A stretch of 47,266 nt of DNA, from positions 1-47,266 of the forward strand of contig MRSU01010316.1 in assembly GCA_008369845.1 (NCBI GenBank), given 5' to 3'. Under the pieces are notes generated by a model, which saw only the letters and a program-made list of their open reading frames with translations, was not told where the DNA came from and did not search any database. The position numbers and the translations under genes are program-made. This document shows, piece after piece, positions 30,901-41,059 of this stretch. Source of the DNA: Trichomonas gallinae (lineage: Eukaryota). How positions within the stretch are numbered: the first letter of the stretch is position 1; every line of letters begins with the position of its first letter.

Positions 30901-33900
30901 TTTCTTGAGAGGTTCATCCGGTGTCGGTAAATCAGTCATCATCCAGAGAGCCACTAAAGAACTCGATCAGACAGGCGAATACTATAACATCTCTTGCATC
31001 TTCTCTGCTCACACAACATCGAAGGCTACACAGGAAATGATAGAATCCAAGCTCGAAAGAAAGAGAGGTGTCGCCATGCAGCCACCAAGCGGCAAGAAGG
31101 GCATCTGGTTCATCGATGATATCAACATGCCAGAGCCAGAATGCTACGGCGCTCAGCCACCTATCGAGCTCTTGAGGCAATTCTTATCAATGGGAGGTTT
31201 ATACAGCCGTCCATCGCTGCAGTGGAACGACATCAGGAACGTCACATTGATTGGTGCTGGTGGTCCAGATGGTGGCTCAAGATCTCCTTTGTCTCCAAGA
31301 TTCTTGAGATTCATGTTCAACTTGGAACTCACTCCTCCAGATGATTCCACTTTGTTCAACATCTTCAACTCCATCCTTCAGCCATTCTTTGCAGACTTCA
31401 ACGAGCAGATCAGGAACATGGTAGAGAGAATCGTCCATGGCTCCGTCGACGTCTATTCTGCAGTTGCACAGAACTTCTTGCCAACACCAGACAAGTCTCA
31501 CTACGTCTTCAACCTCAGAGATCTTGCCAATGTCATACAGGGTCTCATGAGAGCCAGACCAGACAACATCCAGTCTCCAAACCTCCTCCAGAAGATGTGG
31601 ATGCATGAAAATGTCAGAGTTTACTCAGATAGACTTATCTGCAACGAAGACCGCAAGCAGTTCCAGGACATTTTGACGACAACAATGAAGAAGAAGATCG
31701 GCAACGATGTTTCAGCCGACGAAGTTTTCGAGAGCCCATTGATCTTCTGCGACTACATCAGAGGCTTCGTTTCAGACCAAGAAAGATTCTACGAAGAACT
31801 CCCAACATACGACAAGGCAAGAAATGTCCTCGAAGAATACTTCACTGATTATCAGTTCGCGAGACGTTCTCAGACAGACCAGATTTTGTTCTTCGATGCA
31901 GCCATTCAGCACATCTCCAGAATCTGCCGTATCTTAAGGCAACCGAAGGGCCACTGCGTCTTAGTCGGTGTCGCTGGTACAGGCAAGAGAACACTCGCTA
32001 GATTCGCGTCATTCGTCGCTGAATGCGAACTAGGAGAAATCGAAGTCACAGACCATTACACGATCGACAACTTCAAGGAAGACTTGCAGGGCTTCTACCA
32101 GAAATGCGGTGTCGGCGGAAAGAGAATCGCATTCATTATCTCAGACACGCAGCTTGTTAACGATGAGTTCTTGGAAGTCATCAACAACGTTTTGAACACA
32201 GGCGAAATTCCGAACTTATTCTCTCAGGAAGACATGGATAAGATCTGCAACGAAATCGTCAGCTACGCCAAGCAGATCGGAGAGAACGAATCACGCGAGA
32301 ACCTCATCAAGTTGTTCTACGAACGCGTCAGAGAAAACTTCCACGTCGTTCTCACAATGTCACCAGTCGGCGACAGCTTCAGACACAGATGCAGAATGTT
32401 CCCGTCCCTGGTTTCATGCTGCACAATCAACTGGGTCGATACATGGCCAGAAGAAGCCCTTAGACTCGTTTCTAAGTCCAGATTCCAGGAAATCACAGAT
32501 GTTCAAATCGAAGACTTTGCCACGAAGCTTTCAAACATTTCCGTTTTCATTCACTCGAAGGTCGAAGAATATGCAAACAGGATGAAGAACGAATTACAGA
32601 GAACGTATTACATCACACCAGCTTTGTTCATCAGATTCATTACTTTCTACCAGCAGCTTCTCGAGCTCAGACAGGCAAAGCACCGCCGCGGAATCAACAG
32701 ACTTGAGGGTGGTGTTCAAAAGCTTTCCGAAGCTAACGCTTTGGTCGAAAAGATGCAGGCACAGCTTTCAAAGATGGAACCAGTCCTCGCCAGTGCTGCC
32801 AAGGCCACAGAAGAGATGCTCGTCAAGATCAAGAAGGACCAGGCAGAGGCAGATAAGATGAAGGAAATCGTGTCTGCTGAAGAGAAAGTCGTCTCCAAGC
32901 AGGCAGAAGAAGCTGAGCAAATGGCAGCTGAAGCTCAAAAAGAACTCGATCAAGTTCTTCCTCTCTTAGAAGAAGCTACAGCACAGCTCAAAGGCCTCTC
33001 TAGATCAGATGTCGCTGAAGTTAGGCAGTACTCAGATCCACACATCGCAGTTAGAACTGTTATGGAAGCCATCTGTATTCTCGCTGAAGTCGAGCCAACA
33101 TGGAAGTCCGCTGTCACTTTGGTTTCAGATCCTATGTTCATTTCCAAGATTTCCACCAAATACTCACAGGATCACCACGTTCCACCAGCCATCTTGCGCA
33201 AACTGCAGCCATACGTCGAAGATAACCCGAACTTCCAGCAGGAAGAAGTCGGCAGAGTTTCAAGAGCCGCCAGATCTCTCTGCATTTGGGCTACGATTCT
33301 TTACAAATACGAAGATACATTCAGGAAGGTCGAACCAAAGCAGCTGAAGGTCGCCGAAGCAACAGCAACTCTCAAGGCCGCTAAAGATGCCCTCAAGGCC
33401 AAGCAAGATCAATTGGCTGAGATCGAAGCAGCTCTTGCTGCCTACAAGAAGCAATACGACGACTCTGAGCGCGAAAAGTCTAGACTCGCTACAGAAATCG
33501 CAAACACACAGGCAAGACTCAAGCGTGCAGGCAAGCTTACAGTTGGTTTGGCTGATGAAAGAGTCAGATGGTCAGAGCAAGTCGCGATCATGGAGAAAGA
33601 CGTCATCTTCATCCCAGGTGACTCCTTCCTCTGCGCAGCGATTTTGATCTACTTCGGCCCATTCCCAGCATTGTACAGAGCAGAACTCCAGGACATTTTC
33701 CAGCAGAAGATCACAGAGGCAGGTGTCAAGCTCACAACACCATTCTCATTCGCAGACTCGATGGTTGATCCAGCCTTAATCAGAGACTGGCAGTCAATGG
33801 GTCTTCCAAACGATTCAACATCCATCGAAAACGCTTTGATTATCACACAGGCTCCTAAGTCTGCTTTAATTATTGATCCACAGAATCAGGCGACAGTCTG

Positions 33901-36900
33901 GATCCGCCAAATGGAGAAAGACAGACAATTAGTGACACTCAAGCCGAACACATCGAACTTCTACAGAGCCATCGAAGGCGCCGCAAGACTCGGAAATCCA
34001 GTTCTTCTCGAAGATGTCCAAGAGACACTTGATCCAGCTCTTGACTCTTTGCTTATGCGCAAGTACTACAAGCAGGATGGCAAGCTCATGGTGAGAATCG
34101 GCGACAGAGCAATCGAAGTCGACGAGAAGTTCGCTTTCTACGTCACAACGAAACTCACGAATCCATTATACATGCCAGACATGTTCGTCAAGGTCTCCAT
34201 TGTCAACATGATTGTTACACAGACAGCTCTCGAAGCACAGAGCCTTTCTCAGGTTGTAGGTCTCGAGCGTCCAGAACTCGAAAAGCAGAAGCACGACTTG
34301 GTTATGTCCATCACAGCGGATAAGAAGATGCTCGTCGAAATCGAAGACAAGCTTCTCGAACTTCTCAGAAATGCAGGCGACAAGATTCTCGATAACGAAG
34401 AACTTATCAACACAATCGATGAAGCCAAGAAGAAGTCACTCGAAGTCAAGGAGAGAGTTCGCATCAGTGAAGAAACTGAAGTCGAAATCAACCAGCTCAG
34501 ACTTGAGTACAAGCCAGTCGCCGTCAGATCAGCCATCTTGTTCTTCGTCACTGGCGACATGGCTTCGATCGATCCTATGTACCAGTACTCACTTGAATTC
34601 TTCAGAGACCTTGTCGAACACTGCATCAAGACAGCACCAGAAAGCGAAGACCACTTAGGCACATTGATCAATTTGATTACATACTCAACATATGTCACTG
34701 TTTCTCGCGGTCTCTTCGAAAGGCACCGTTCGCTTTTCGCCTTTTCAATGTGCTGCAGGATTCTCAGGAACGAGGCTAAGCTCACAGAACAAGAGTGGGA
34801 CCTCTTCATCAGAGGACCACCTCTCATTGATAACCCGAACGGCAATCCACTGCCGAATTTCATCTCTGACGCAAGATGGAACGAGTTGTACTCGTTAGGA
34901 AAGATTTTGCCACAGTTCCAGAATGTTCCAAACGCAATTACCAAAGAGCCAGATGCTTTCTCAGACTTCCTGACATCTGAGAGCACAGACATCCCAGAGA
35001 TGTTCTTGAAGAATCCAACTCCATTCCACAAGCTTCTCTTCTTCAAGACTGTCGCAATCGACAGATTACAATACGTCATGCTCGACTTCATCCAGCAGAA
35101 TCTCGGCGAAGATTTCACGAGGTCTCCAGCATTCGACTTGAAGGAGTCCTACAAGACAACGAAGAACACAATGCCACTTATCTTCATCCTTTCTCAAGGT
35201 GCAGATCCAAGAGACCATTTGCTCAGATTGGCGACAGAATTGCAGATGGACCAGCGCCTCAAGATGCGTTCTCTCGGTCAGGGACAAGGCCCAGAGGCAG
35301 AGAAAGCCATCCAGGCAGGTACACAGCGTGGCGAGTGGATCTACTTGCAGAACTGCCACCTTTCTCTCAGCTGGCTCCCAGAGCTTGAAGCAATTGTTTC
35401 CAATCTCAAGGCCGATGAGTGCCACAAAGACTTCAGATTGTTCCTTTCTTCAATGCCAACATCAGGCTTCCCAGTCTCTATCCTGAGAAACTCAATCAAA
35501 GTCACAAACGAGCCACCACGTGGCATTAAGGCTCACCTTCAGAGACAGCTCGGCGCCATGCAGAACGACCAGTTCGAGGGTTGCACGAAGCCAAGACCGT
35601 GGAAGAAACTGTTATTTGGTTTAACATTCTTCCACGCTGTCATCCAGGAGAGAAAGAAGTTCGGTCCACTCGGCTTCAACAAGGTCTACGAGTGGACAGA
35701 GACGGATTACTCCGTTTCAGTTTCATATCTCAGAATGTTCCTCGACGAGCAGCCGACAATTCCGTGGGATGCTCTCAGATTCTTGACAGGCGAAATCATC
35801 TACGGTGGCAGAGTCACTGATGACTGGGATAGACGCTGCATGATGTCCATCCTCTCTAAGTACTACTGCCCAGACATCCTCGGAGAAGGTTACTTCTTCT
35901 CTCGCGGCACAGTTTACTTCGCTCCACCGGCTGAAGACTACCAGAAGATGATGGCCTACGTCAACCAGCTTCCATTCAACGATGACCATGATATATTCGC
36001 AATGCACGCCAACGCAGAAATCGCAGTCAGACGCCGCATCTCGGAGCAGATGATCAGGACGCTCCAGGCATCAGGTGGCGTCGTCGCGATGTCCGGCTCA
36101 GGCAACGATGCTGTTCTCCAGCTCGTTAAAGACCTCTCCGAGAAGTTACCAGTTCTCGGCGACCCAGCAAAGATGAACGAATGTCTTCTCGAAGAGAAGA
36201 ACGGCTGCTTGGATCCGCTCACTGTCGTCCTGAAGCAGGAAGTCGAGCGTTTCCAGAAGATGCTCAAGAACATCGCAGACTCTCTCAAAGAACTCGACAA
36301 GGCATTGAGAGGTTTAGTTGCAATGTCTCCACTCTTAGAAAACGTCATGCAGTCATTGTTTGTTAACAAAGTACCAGATTCATGGGCTGCTTATCCATCA
36401 CTCAAGCCACTTGGCTCATGGTTCGCCGAGCTCATCAAGCGCATTGACTTCTTCAACCAGTGGATGCAGCACGGAAATCCAACGTCATTCTGGCTCACAG
36501 CTTTCTCGTTCCCTCAGTCATTCCTCACTGGTATCCTCCAGAGACACTCAAGAGTCAACGAGATCCCAATCGACAACCTTTCTTTCGAGTGCGAGGTTGT
36601 CAACGAAGAGCCACAGGCATTCCCAGACACTGGCGTTTACATCCACGGTCTTTTCTTCGATGGCGCCAAATGGTCAGTACCAAACGGCACCATCGACGAA
36701 CAAGACCTCGGCCAGATTTATACAGAGGCTCCTTGGATCCACTTGAAGCCAACAAACAACAACAGCCAACTCACAAGCTCATTCTACCAGTGCCCAATCT
36801 ATATCACAGCGCAGAGGGAGGGCACACTTTCGACGACAGGTACATCAACAAACTTCGTCGTCGCAATTCCTCTGCCAACTAAGCAGTCGCCAGACCATTG

Positions 36901-36943
36901 GATCCAGCGTGGCGCTGCTCTTCTTGTTGCAACACCTGAATAA
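24944..36943 (+). CDS. Axonemal dynein heavy chain (single-headed inner-arm type, DNAH6-like), ~3999 aa
   Basis: Four P-loops (GPAGTGKT, GPTCGGKS, GSSGVGKS, GVAGTGKR); CFDEFNR, FPRFYFLS, YGYEYLG, DGPVDA.WIENMNTVLDDNK, stalk and C-terminal HWIQRG. The short N-terminus with F.YL..NP.L...TIS..G...IPFF...WK.F..W resembles DNAH6. The first ATG is at 24944; the TTG start in the ORF track is not needed. Confidence 0.97.
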   Translation: MADNSKANNLKNRLIPNQSAHIQKVTFETSIHGGRSMSRSSKLKNKNPTLEPLKNDQAIKPQYAREQGETLASLTSPFQFVEYARKNNLDGDFVYLEPQNIEEDENNPTRLRIVPPSKINKNDFWTISLAGLSHVKNSVVDFIPLEDWLRSCELFKKIMKIPFFKHYHQWKNFTAWKRSVLRNEMNTSMSALRDHYFLVHPILRPSFFQIQKEIQSLHQIKLFSFRGNSLYTLEEFQHQSDHYLAEITEKLNGFIERVTEMVQVACDKTMNTLSSLTVTDGSVQTSPLDHLLSQYEKAAHRGVTNAFDSGPSLTFTQRAANRTMCGKLVKFIKLVDACIVSALRTVCFNSFIEFYCIISSLHKRSLKLLNSEEMKPLPELILPSEFSRVFPSINQKATEFFETPVFSVNINLAKGVVWTPNESTVLGIIDTIRKDCCQVLYNVPRLILNPAFRQYISPDGANDRNKSDKIPAPDLKAIIESDKVFTDIIDHQNNVIREAFKSLQVFSADFKEAIQIFETNEKFNANSYLENGISPPELAEAIKKYNREIEYLATIHEKSEVGLFSCFAKEMKSRFQRSPVECLNQIKITLPLITRKLLSEFSDKIRTAHTKLFAPIDDVSSYVNYLSASEQYLNEGDDFQHRADAIRDFYAIANDINVNITLDEQTEYQSLLPVFDEVKRALSLAGETKQTLMPKFTQQLEKLIAQLHSNVLDVAQFSLDKRLGDPKTTIDEANDFLKDVCARLDVVKTASDDYHRYQKAMNIPVTRFEDVEELTKEITLKKLLWDTKQKWKQLTEEWSNKPFATINPASMAEIIQEYQLNVTKVVKGLPGNVVAAELKVSITDYATLLPVVTDLKNPALKKRFLEQITQLLGCNIFGDEQFKFGKLFELRAFNYVEQISAISSQATNEQALHDMLQNVQKMVNKLVFIMTQSKQNSHAYIFGGFDDILTQLDEAQSIVSTVRSSRYIAALRTQADEWARQLRLFSQTLDALMTCQRGYVYLSNVFSTSDIQRQLPQEATSFYQVEKMWLQMSKDAHENDPSAFKFCTNQKIQTDLDNANKSLEQIQKALENFLETKRIAFPRFYFLSNDDLLDILAKSKNPEAVQPHLRKIFEGIYKLEITNTDGFQTAVALISAEGESVPLRTGGVKLQGAVEAWLGAVEENAQRALRMHTKNALHSYAESVREDWIPQQPGQIVLSVTQIDWCERVEAALQSGNPEEGLIEVNKETEENLATLAKFVRLDLSDLERTKISALITMDVHSRDIISDMIKMKVSNINDFEWFKRLKYYWDEVNKEVVVHQTNTSFRYGYEYLGCTPRLVITPLTDRCYLTLTGALHLHLGGSPAGPAGTGKTETVKDLAKALAIFCVVFNCSDTVTVFQMSTFFRGLAQAGAWSCFDEFNRINIEVLSVIAEQFNCIRLALCAEQKRFDFEGLNIALNPRVGCFITMNPGYAGRTELPDNLKALFRPVSMMIPDYTLIAEIMLYSQGFQEAKRLSQKMTKLYKLSSEMLSQQDHYDFGMRALKSVLVMAGSLKRSNPDVSEDLTLIRAMRDSNLAKFLNEDIPLFNGIVSDLFPGIEIVDKMEDYLTKAIKETTEGMGLQATDFVISKVAQLHDAMRFRHGVMLVGPTCGGKSTVMQILEKTNTMLSETLTDYNPVKHYIMNPKSLTMFELYGEQDMDTQEWRDGLIAIIFNECVEKTEKEEQWIVFDGPVDALWIENMNTVLDDNKLLSLANSKRIKMTPYMHLLFEVQDLAVASPATVSRCAMVYVDPEGLGWKPFCDTAIEQRIKPLLLKNEIHVQRFRELLNACVDPAFAFLKENCKLGNKWVPMNLIFSLFNLFECLITEAVDKKEIKLDPIESDPEIIRVLSSFFVFSFVWSFGGHVAAAQRLQFDTCARDIFVSMTPLPSRGTLFDYNYKCTSREWVPWSELLPVFEYGAPKKGEDDEDEEDDKKGGKVKFHSLLVPTVDTTRFSYIIKLLIKYNHCVFLRGSSGVGKSVIIQRATKELDQTGEYYNISCIFSAHTTSKATQEMIESKLERKRGVAMQPPSGKKGIWFIDDINMPEPECYGAQPPIELLRQFLSMGGLYSRPSLQWNDIRNVTLIGAGGPDGGSRSPLSPRFLRFMFNLELTPPDDSTLFNIFNSILQPFFADFNEQIRNMVERIVHGSVDVYSAVAQNFLPTPDKSHYVFNLRDLANVIQGLMRARPDNIQSPNLLQKMWMHENVRVYSDRLICNEDRKQFQDILTTTMKKKIGNDVSADEVFESPLIFCDYIRGFVSDQERFYEELPTYDKARNVLEEYFTDYQFARRSQTDQILFFDAAIQHISRICRILRQPKGHCVLVGVAGTGKRTLARFASFVAECELGEIEVTDHYTIDNFKEDLQGFYQKCGVGGKRIAFIISDTQLVNDEFLEVINNVLNTGEIPNLFSQEDMDKICNEIVSYAKQIGENESRENLIKLFYERVRENFHVVLTMSPVGDSFRHRCRMFPSLVSCCTINWVDTWPEEALRLVSKSRFQEITDVQIEDFATKLSNISVFIHSKVEEYANRMKNELQRTYYITPALFIRFITFYQQLLELRQAKHRRGINRLEGGVQKLSEANALVEKMQAQLSKMEPVLASAAKATEEMLVKIKKDQAEADKMKEIVSAEEKVVSKQAEEAEQMAAEAQKELDQVLPLLEEATAQLKGLSRSDVAEVRQYSDPHIAVRTVMEAICILAEVEPTWKSAVTLVSDPMFISKISTKYSQDHHVPPAILRKLQPYVEDNPNFQQEEVGRVSRAARSLCIWATILYKYEDTFRKVEPKQLKVAEATATLKAAKDALKAKQDQLAEIEAALAAYKKQYDDSEREKSRLATEIANTQARLKRAGKLTVGLADERVRWSEQVAIMEKDVIFIPGDSFLCAAILIYFGPFPALYRAELQDIFQQKITEAGVKLTTPFSFADSMVDPALIRDWQSMGLPNDSTSIENALIITQAPKSALIIDPQNQATVWIRQMEKDRQLVTLKPNTSNFYRAIEGAARLGNPVLLEDVQETLDPALDSLLMRKYYKQDGKLMVRIGDRAIEVDEKFAFYVTTKLTNPLYMPDMFVKVSIVNMIVTQTALEAQSLSQVVGLERPELEKQKHDLVMSITADKKMLVEIEDKLLELLRNAGDKILDNEELINTIDEAKKKSLEVKERVRISEETEVEINQLRLEYKPVAVRSAILFFVTGDMASIDPMYQYSLEFFRDLVEHCIKTAPESEDHLGTLINLITYSTYVTVSRGLFERHRSLFAFSMCCRILRNEAKLTEQEWDLFIRGPPLIDNPNGNPLPNFISDARWNELYSLGKILPQFQNVPNAITKEPDAFSDFLTSESTDIPEMFLKNPTPFHKLLFFKTVAIDRLQYVMLDFIQQNLGEDFTRSPAFDLKESYKTTKNTMPLIFILSQGADPRDHLLRLATELQMDQRLKMRSLGQGQGPEAEKAIQAGTQRGEWIYLQNCHLSLSWLPELEAIVSNLKADECHKDFRLFLSSMPTSGFPVSILRNSIKVTNEPPRGIKAHLQRQLGAMQNDQFEGCTKPRPWKKLLFGLTFFHAVIQERKKFGPLGFNKVYEWTETDYSVSVSYLRMFLDEQPTIPWDALRFLTGEIIYGGRVTDDWDRRCMMSILSKYYCPDILGEGYFFSRGTVYFAPPAEDYQKMMAYVNQLPFNDDHDIFAMHANAEIAVRRRISEQMIRTLQASGGVVAMSGSGNDAVLQLVKDLSEKLPVLGDPAKMNECLLEEKNGCLDPLTVVLKQEVERFQKMLKNIADSLKELDKALRGLVAMSPLLENVMQSLFVNKVPDSWAAYPSLKPLGSWFAELIKRIDFFNQWMQHGNPTSFWLTAFSFPQSFLTGILQRHSRVNEIPIDNLSFECEVVNEEPQAFPDTGVYIHGLFFDGAKWSVPNGTIDEQDLGQIYTEAPWIHLKPTNNNSQLTSSFYQCPIYITAQREGTLSTTGTSTNFVVAIPLPTKQSPDHWIQRGAALLVATPE

Positions 36944-36944
36944 A
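36941..36944 (+). terminator. TAAA poly(A) signal overlapping the dynein stop
   Basis: GAA TAA ATTATTTTT, followed by U-rich sequence. Confidence 0.5.
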
Positions 36945-37003
36945 TTATTTTTGATATTTTTTTTCTTTAAAATACAACTTTTTAAAAATTATGATTGTAA
37001 CCG

Positions 37004-37818
37004 TTGACGCGATTTGATAACCTTTCTGAAATGAATGAAGGCTCATATTTGTTCACGGGGATTCTGCCCCGGAAAGAGTTTGGCATTTATTTTATGGATA
37101 TAAAAGATTACCCGATCTTCAACATGAAGCCAAAACATCAAGATTGGTTCTTTCTAGCTCATATTTTGCCTATGATTGCTTTTTCCGTGATTGCACAAAA
37201 TGATGCATTAAGTTTTATCAAACATCAGATTTACAGTTTCTCCATAGTTCTTGTTTGTTTCATGACAATAAAAATACAGTTTATGGTATTAGGTATGACT
37301 ATAGTCATGTAAATTCTTGTGCCGTTGAACTTGAAGTCGAAAATTGTTGCTTTTTTGAAAATATTGGTGGAGTTTTGTTCTATAATTCAAACAGCAAATC
37401 TTTCAATGACAGTAATTCCTATATAGATCAGTACTTGACAGGAGGAATTACAATTATCAATGGAACGCTAATATATTCCTCAGCATTAAATATTTTTTCC
37501 TATTACTCAACATATCAATGCAACCCATGGCTACATTATCTTTTTATAGATGATGGCCATGGAAAGAGCAAAATTGAAACATGTTTAGGTTATAATAAGA
37601 TAATAGTTTTTTTCGTGATGAAACAACGCCAACTTTCCTTTTCACCACTATTTTCCTATAAATCCAGCTATATCCAACACTTTCACAGGTTAATCGAATT
37701 GATTAATCAAAAAACACTTCCATTTACTATGATATCTAATAAAATCATAATATCACGCACATATATAATATATATCTCAGAAAAAACGATATTAACAGAA
37801 AAATCTCAATATTATTGA
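37004..37818 (+). pseudogene. Frameshifted fragment of an Asn/Cys-rich beta-helix-like family gene (paralogous to 41060..42112)
   Basis: Two overlapping ORFs that both open at TTG. VENCCFFEN and SNSYIDQYLTGGITIING...YSTYQC align by eye with IESCVIKDN and TNSYVNN...FTGGVPTITN...YTTANC of the 41-kb gene. Confidence 0.55.
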
Positions 37819-37935
37819 ATTTGGCTGCGAGATTGATATTTAAAACTCCGGTATTTTCAAGTAGAAGTAGAAAATTATAATATATTCAATAGAGAAAGTA
37901 ATTTTATTAACAAACAAAACTATTCGAAAAAATAA

Positions 37936-38898
37936 TTAAAAAATAGTTGGGGAAGCCAAGGCAATAGGTGATTCCAAAGCATTATTTGATGTGCAACCAA
38001 TGCAAAGATGCTTTATAAGCCCTGTATTTCTTAAAATATGAGATTTGCTGACTTTCGCTTTAGCTGTAACTAATTTTTCATTAGAGAATATCATAGTTCT
38101 CGATCCCGAAATATGGTTCTTCTTATTCATTATTTTGAGCAAATCTGAAACATCAGCTCTTTTTTCAGGACAAGTCTGGAAAGTCATCTTGAGGATGTTG
38201 TGGAATTCATCAGATACGAAGTAAGGAACTCGCGCCAAGCCGTACTGAGTCATATTCTTCCAAAGAATATCATCAGTATATGGGAGTTCTTTGTAAACAA
38301 TGTAATATAGTGTAATACCGAGGGACCAAACGTCAGCTTTGAATGAGTTGTAAGGGATTTTCTTGAGAATTTCAGGAGCCATGTAATATTTCGTTCCAGA
38401 ATAGCGTTCGCACGCTTCATCTAAGCATTGGGCCATTCCAAAATCAGACAATTTTATCCTTCCGTACTTATCTACTAAAATATTTTCTGGTTTGATATCA
38501 TGGTGAGAAATTCCAATGGAATGCATGTAATCAAGCGCCTTAATGAGATCATAGCAGAAAATGAGTCTCTCAGCGAGTGTTGTCTTGTTGTTCTGCAGGT
38601 ATTCTTTGATATTTCCGTGAACGCAATCTTCTAATATCAAGAAGAAACGGTCTCCATCATTAAAGAATTTGTAGACATGAATGACATTGGGGTGGTCAAT
38701 CTGTACCAAAGCATCTAACTCATGCTTAAAGGACTGCTGCTGAGTTACAACTTTGCAAACGAATGTTTGATTGTAAACTGGAGAATAAACTCTGTAGCAA
38801 GAGCCATATCCACCCTGCCCGATCTTCTCCTGAAGGACATAATCCTGCTTAAGCAAAATCTCCTTGATCTCATCAGCAGAAGGAAGGTTACAATTCAT
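37936..38898 (-). CDS. CAMK-like Ser/Thr protein kinase (non-RD, HHD catalytic loop)
   Basis: GQGGYG, VCK, helix-C E, HPNVI, HHDIKPEN, DFG, GT..YMAPE and DVWSLG are present. The ATG at 38898 (MNCNL) follows an Inr. Confidence 0.93.
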   Translation of the reverse strand: MNCNLPSADEIKEILLKQDYVLQEKIGQGGYGSCYRVYSPVYNQTFVCKVVTQQQSFKHELDALVQIDHPNVIHVYKFFNDGDRFFLILEDCVHGNIKEYLQNNKTTLAERLIFCYDLIKALDYMHSIGISHHDIKPENILVDKYGRIKLSDFGMAQCLDEACERYSGTKYYMAPEILKKIPYNSFKADVWSLGITLYYIVYKELPYTDDILWKNMTQYGLARVPYFVSDEFHNILKMTFQTCPEKRADVSDLLKIMNKKNHISGSRTMIFSNEKLVTAKAKVSKSHILRNTGLIKHLCIGCTSNNALESPIALASPTIF

Positions 38899-38907
38899 CA
38901 AAGAAAT

Positions 38908-38912
38908 AATGA
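38908..38912 (-). promoter_or_regulatory. Inr TCATT
   Basis: Minus strand ACTCATTATTTCTTTGATG, 9 nt before the kinase ATG. Confidence 0.6.
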
Positions 38913-40244
38913 GTTTGAATAGCAATTATTCAATTTTTTTCTCTTTATAATATTAACTAATATAGTGTATAGAACATTTCTTTCCAGTTGTTTTTCATAC
39001 AATTTTTTGAATTGATACTATTTTGCTTAAAAATGCTAGCTACACATTATTAAACATATGGTAAATAATAACGTAAAAATTTTTGAGAGAGAGTATTGAA
39101 ATGATGTAAAATCGTTCTGTAGCACGAATCATGCTGCTCACAACTAATAACTAATGTTTCATGCAATAACCATCAACTTTTGGTCGCATAATTCAATTGA
39201 TTATTTTTCCTTTTTATTTAGCTATATGACAAGAATACAAAAATTGTTTTTACGATTGTTTTTCATAGAATTATTCAATTTTTCTTCATTGCTTTTCACT
39301 GAATTATTATTCATAGCAATTGCACTACTAACTATATAAATGCAAAATAGGAGATTTTTTCTTTAGAATATTTTAGTCCAAAATATGCTTTAATTATGCA
39401 GTGATAAACAAAGATGAAAACATTTTTCATTTATCAAAAATGAAAAAGTAAAAAAAAAGAGAATCAATGTTTTAGTATATTATGTTTCCTAGAATATAGC
39501 TGATTTGTTCCACGGTTATGACATTTGCGAAAAGTGTTATATTCCACACGTAAACATGTTGTGTAGTGTTTGTTCATCAATTTGCATTGAAAGTAAATTC
39601 AATGAAAAATAATCACAATTTTTTGTGTTTGATTTTCTGTCTTTTTTGAAAAATGTTAGCAAACATTGAATATTGCATAAGATAAGTATTGCAAATCAGT
39701 GGCTCGAAAATCTCAATGAGAGTGGACAGTATTGTTCTTTTTACTGATGGATATTCAGTAACCAAACTTAAAAATGAATAACACACATTATATGGATTCA
39801 TACGGCTTAAAATCTAGAGATTTTCTGATGTAATTCGAAATTCACTTTTGAGGATTTCGATTCCTTTGGTAAGAATAACTTCTAAACATATAAATATAAA
39901 TAAACAATACAATAATTCCGTTTCATAGTGATGTAATTTTGGAAAGATTTTATTTTCTTGAATTTTTCCAAATTCTCTTATCGTTATGTATACATTACGT
40001 AAAAATATGATATACATGAATCATCAAACATTTCCTTAGATTACTGTAATTCAATAATTTCCTAATTTTTATGCAAGAATCAATCTAATTACATTTATTC
40101 TATATCATTCCCATGTAATACAATTGACAAAAAAGATGATTTGTATATTTCAATAATTTTTTTGCAAATTATATCTTCTTTCGCGATTATGGCAGCGATA
40201 TAATGTAATGAGCGTTTAAATAATGGTTTATTATTGTATACAAA

Positions 40245-40970
40245 CTATAATATTAAATAAAGTTGAATCTTCATAAAATATGAAATTTTCTCAGTGCAAA
40301 TGTCATCACATATATATGATATTCGTGTAACTGGGATATTTGAAAAGGTCTCTGCTGGGTACAAATATGAAACATAGACAACACATTTACCAAAATCTAA
40401 AAAAGGCGACAAATTTCCAAAATTCGCACGACCCAAATATATAATCGAACACAGATTTGCATTACCTTCAAAACAATGCCAATCATTAATAAATGATAGA
40501 GTGGGCGGCATAGCAACAGATTTAAGATAATAACAGTATCTCAAAAAGCCAGAACCAACAGATTTAAGTTTCGAATTTTTCTCAAAAACAACTTCTTCGC
40601 AAAATTTAAATGTATCGGTCAAATCTCCTATAATTTCGATACTTGCCGGGAACACAAGCTTTTTTATCCCACATAGGACTGTAACACTGACATTCTCTAA
40701 TATTTTCACAGTATTTGGGAAAATTAATTCCGTAATTAGATTGCAGAATCTTGTACTGTATTTGCTAATCATAACAATTTTATATCCATCCATGTAACCT
40801 GGGATCGAAATGATTCCAGATATTGACGTTTTTTCGACAAATCCATTTCCATCGATTTCTTCTCCAGTTCCAAGCTTCGCAGTTTTAGCGGATTCATCAA
40901 TTACAGTATAAACAAACTTGTTTTGATAAACAGGCACTCAATTTACTCAAATAAACCAAATCTTCAGCAT
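40245..40970 (-). pseudogene. BspA-like (TpLRR/LRR_5) gene with two in-frame TGA codons in its leader
   Basis: LRR_5-type repeats LIFPNTVKILE, LVFPASIEIIG, VVFEKNSKLKSVG and VAMPPTLSFI..CFEG..NL. The 5' end reads ATG CTG AAG ATT TGG TTT ATT TGA GTA AAT TGA GTG CCT. Confidence 0.65.
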
Positions 40971-41059
40971 TTTAGAATGTCACCTTTTGAACAATATTTG
41001 AAGCTAAAATTAATGGAGATTTAACATATTTACCTTTAGGTTCAAAAGCGATTTTATAA

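Noticed and set aside
25396..36882. Many short alternative-frame and antisense ORFs within the dynein gene (incl. 34249..35118)
   Set aside because: Expected by-products of strong codon bias in a 12-kb CDS; no recognisable motifs.
40938..40949. TGA reassignment (alternative genetic code)
   Set aside because: No internal TGA in conserved genes such as dynein, Trp is TGG throughout, and TGA terminates neighbouring ORFs.
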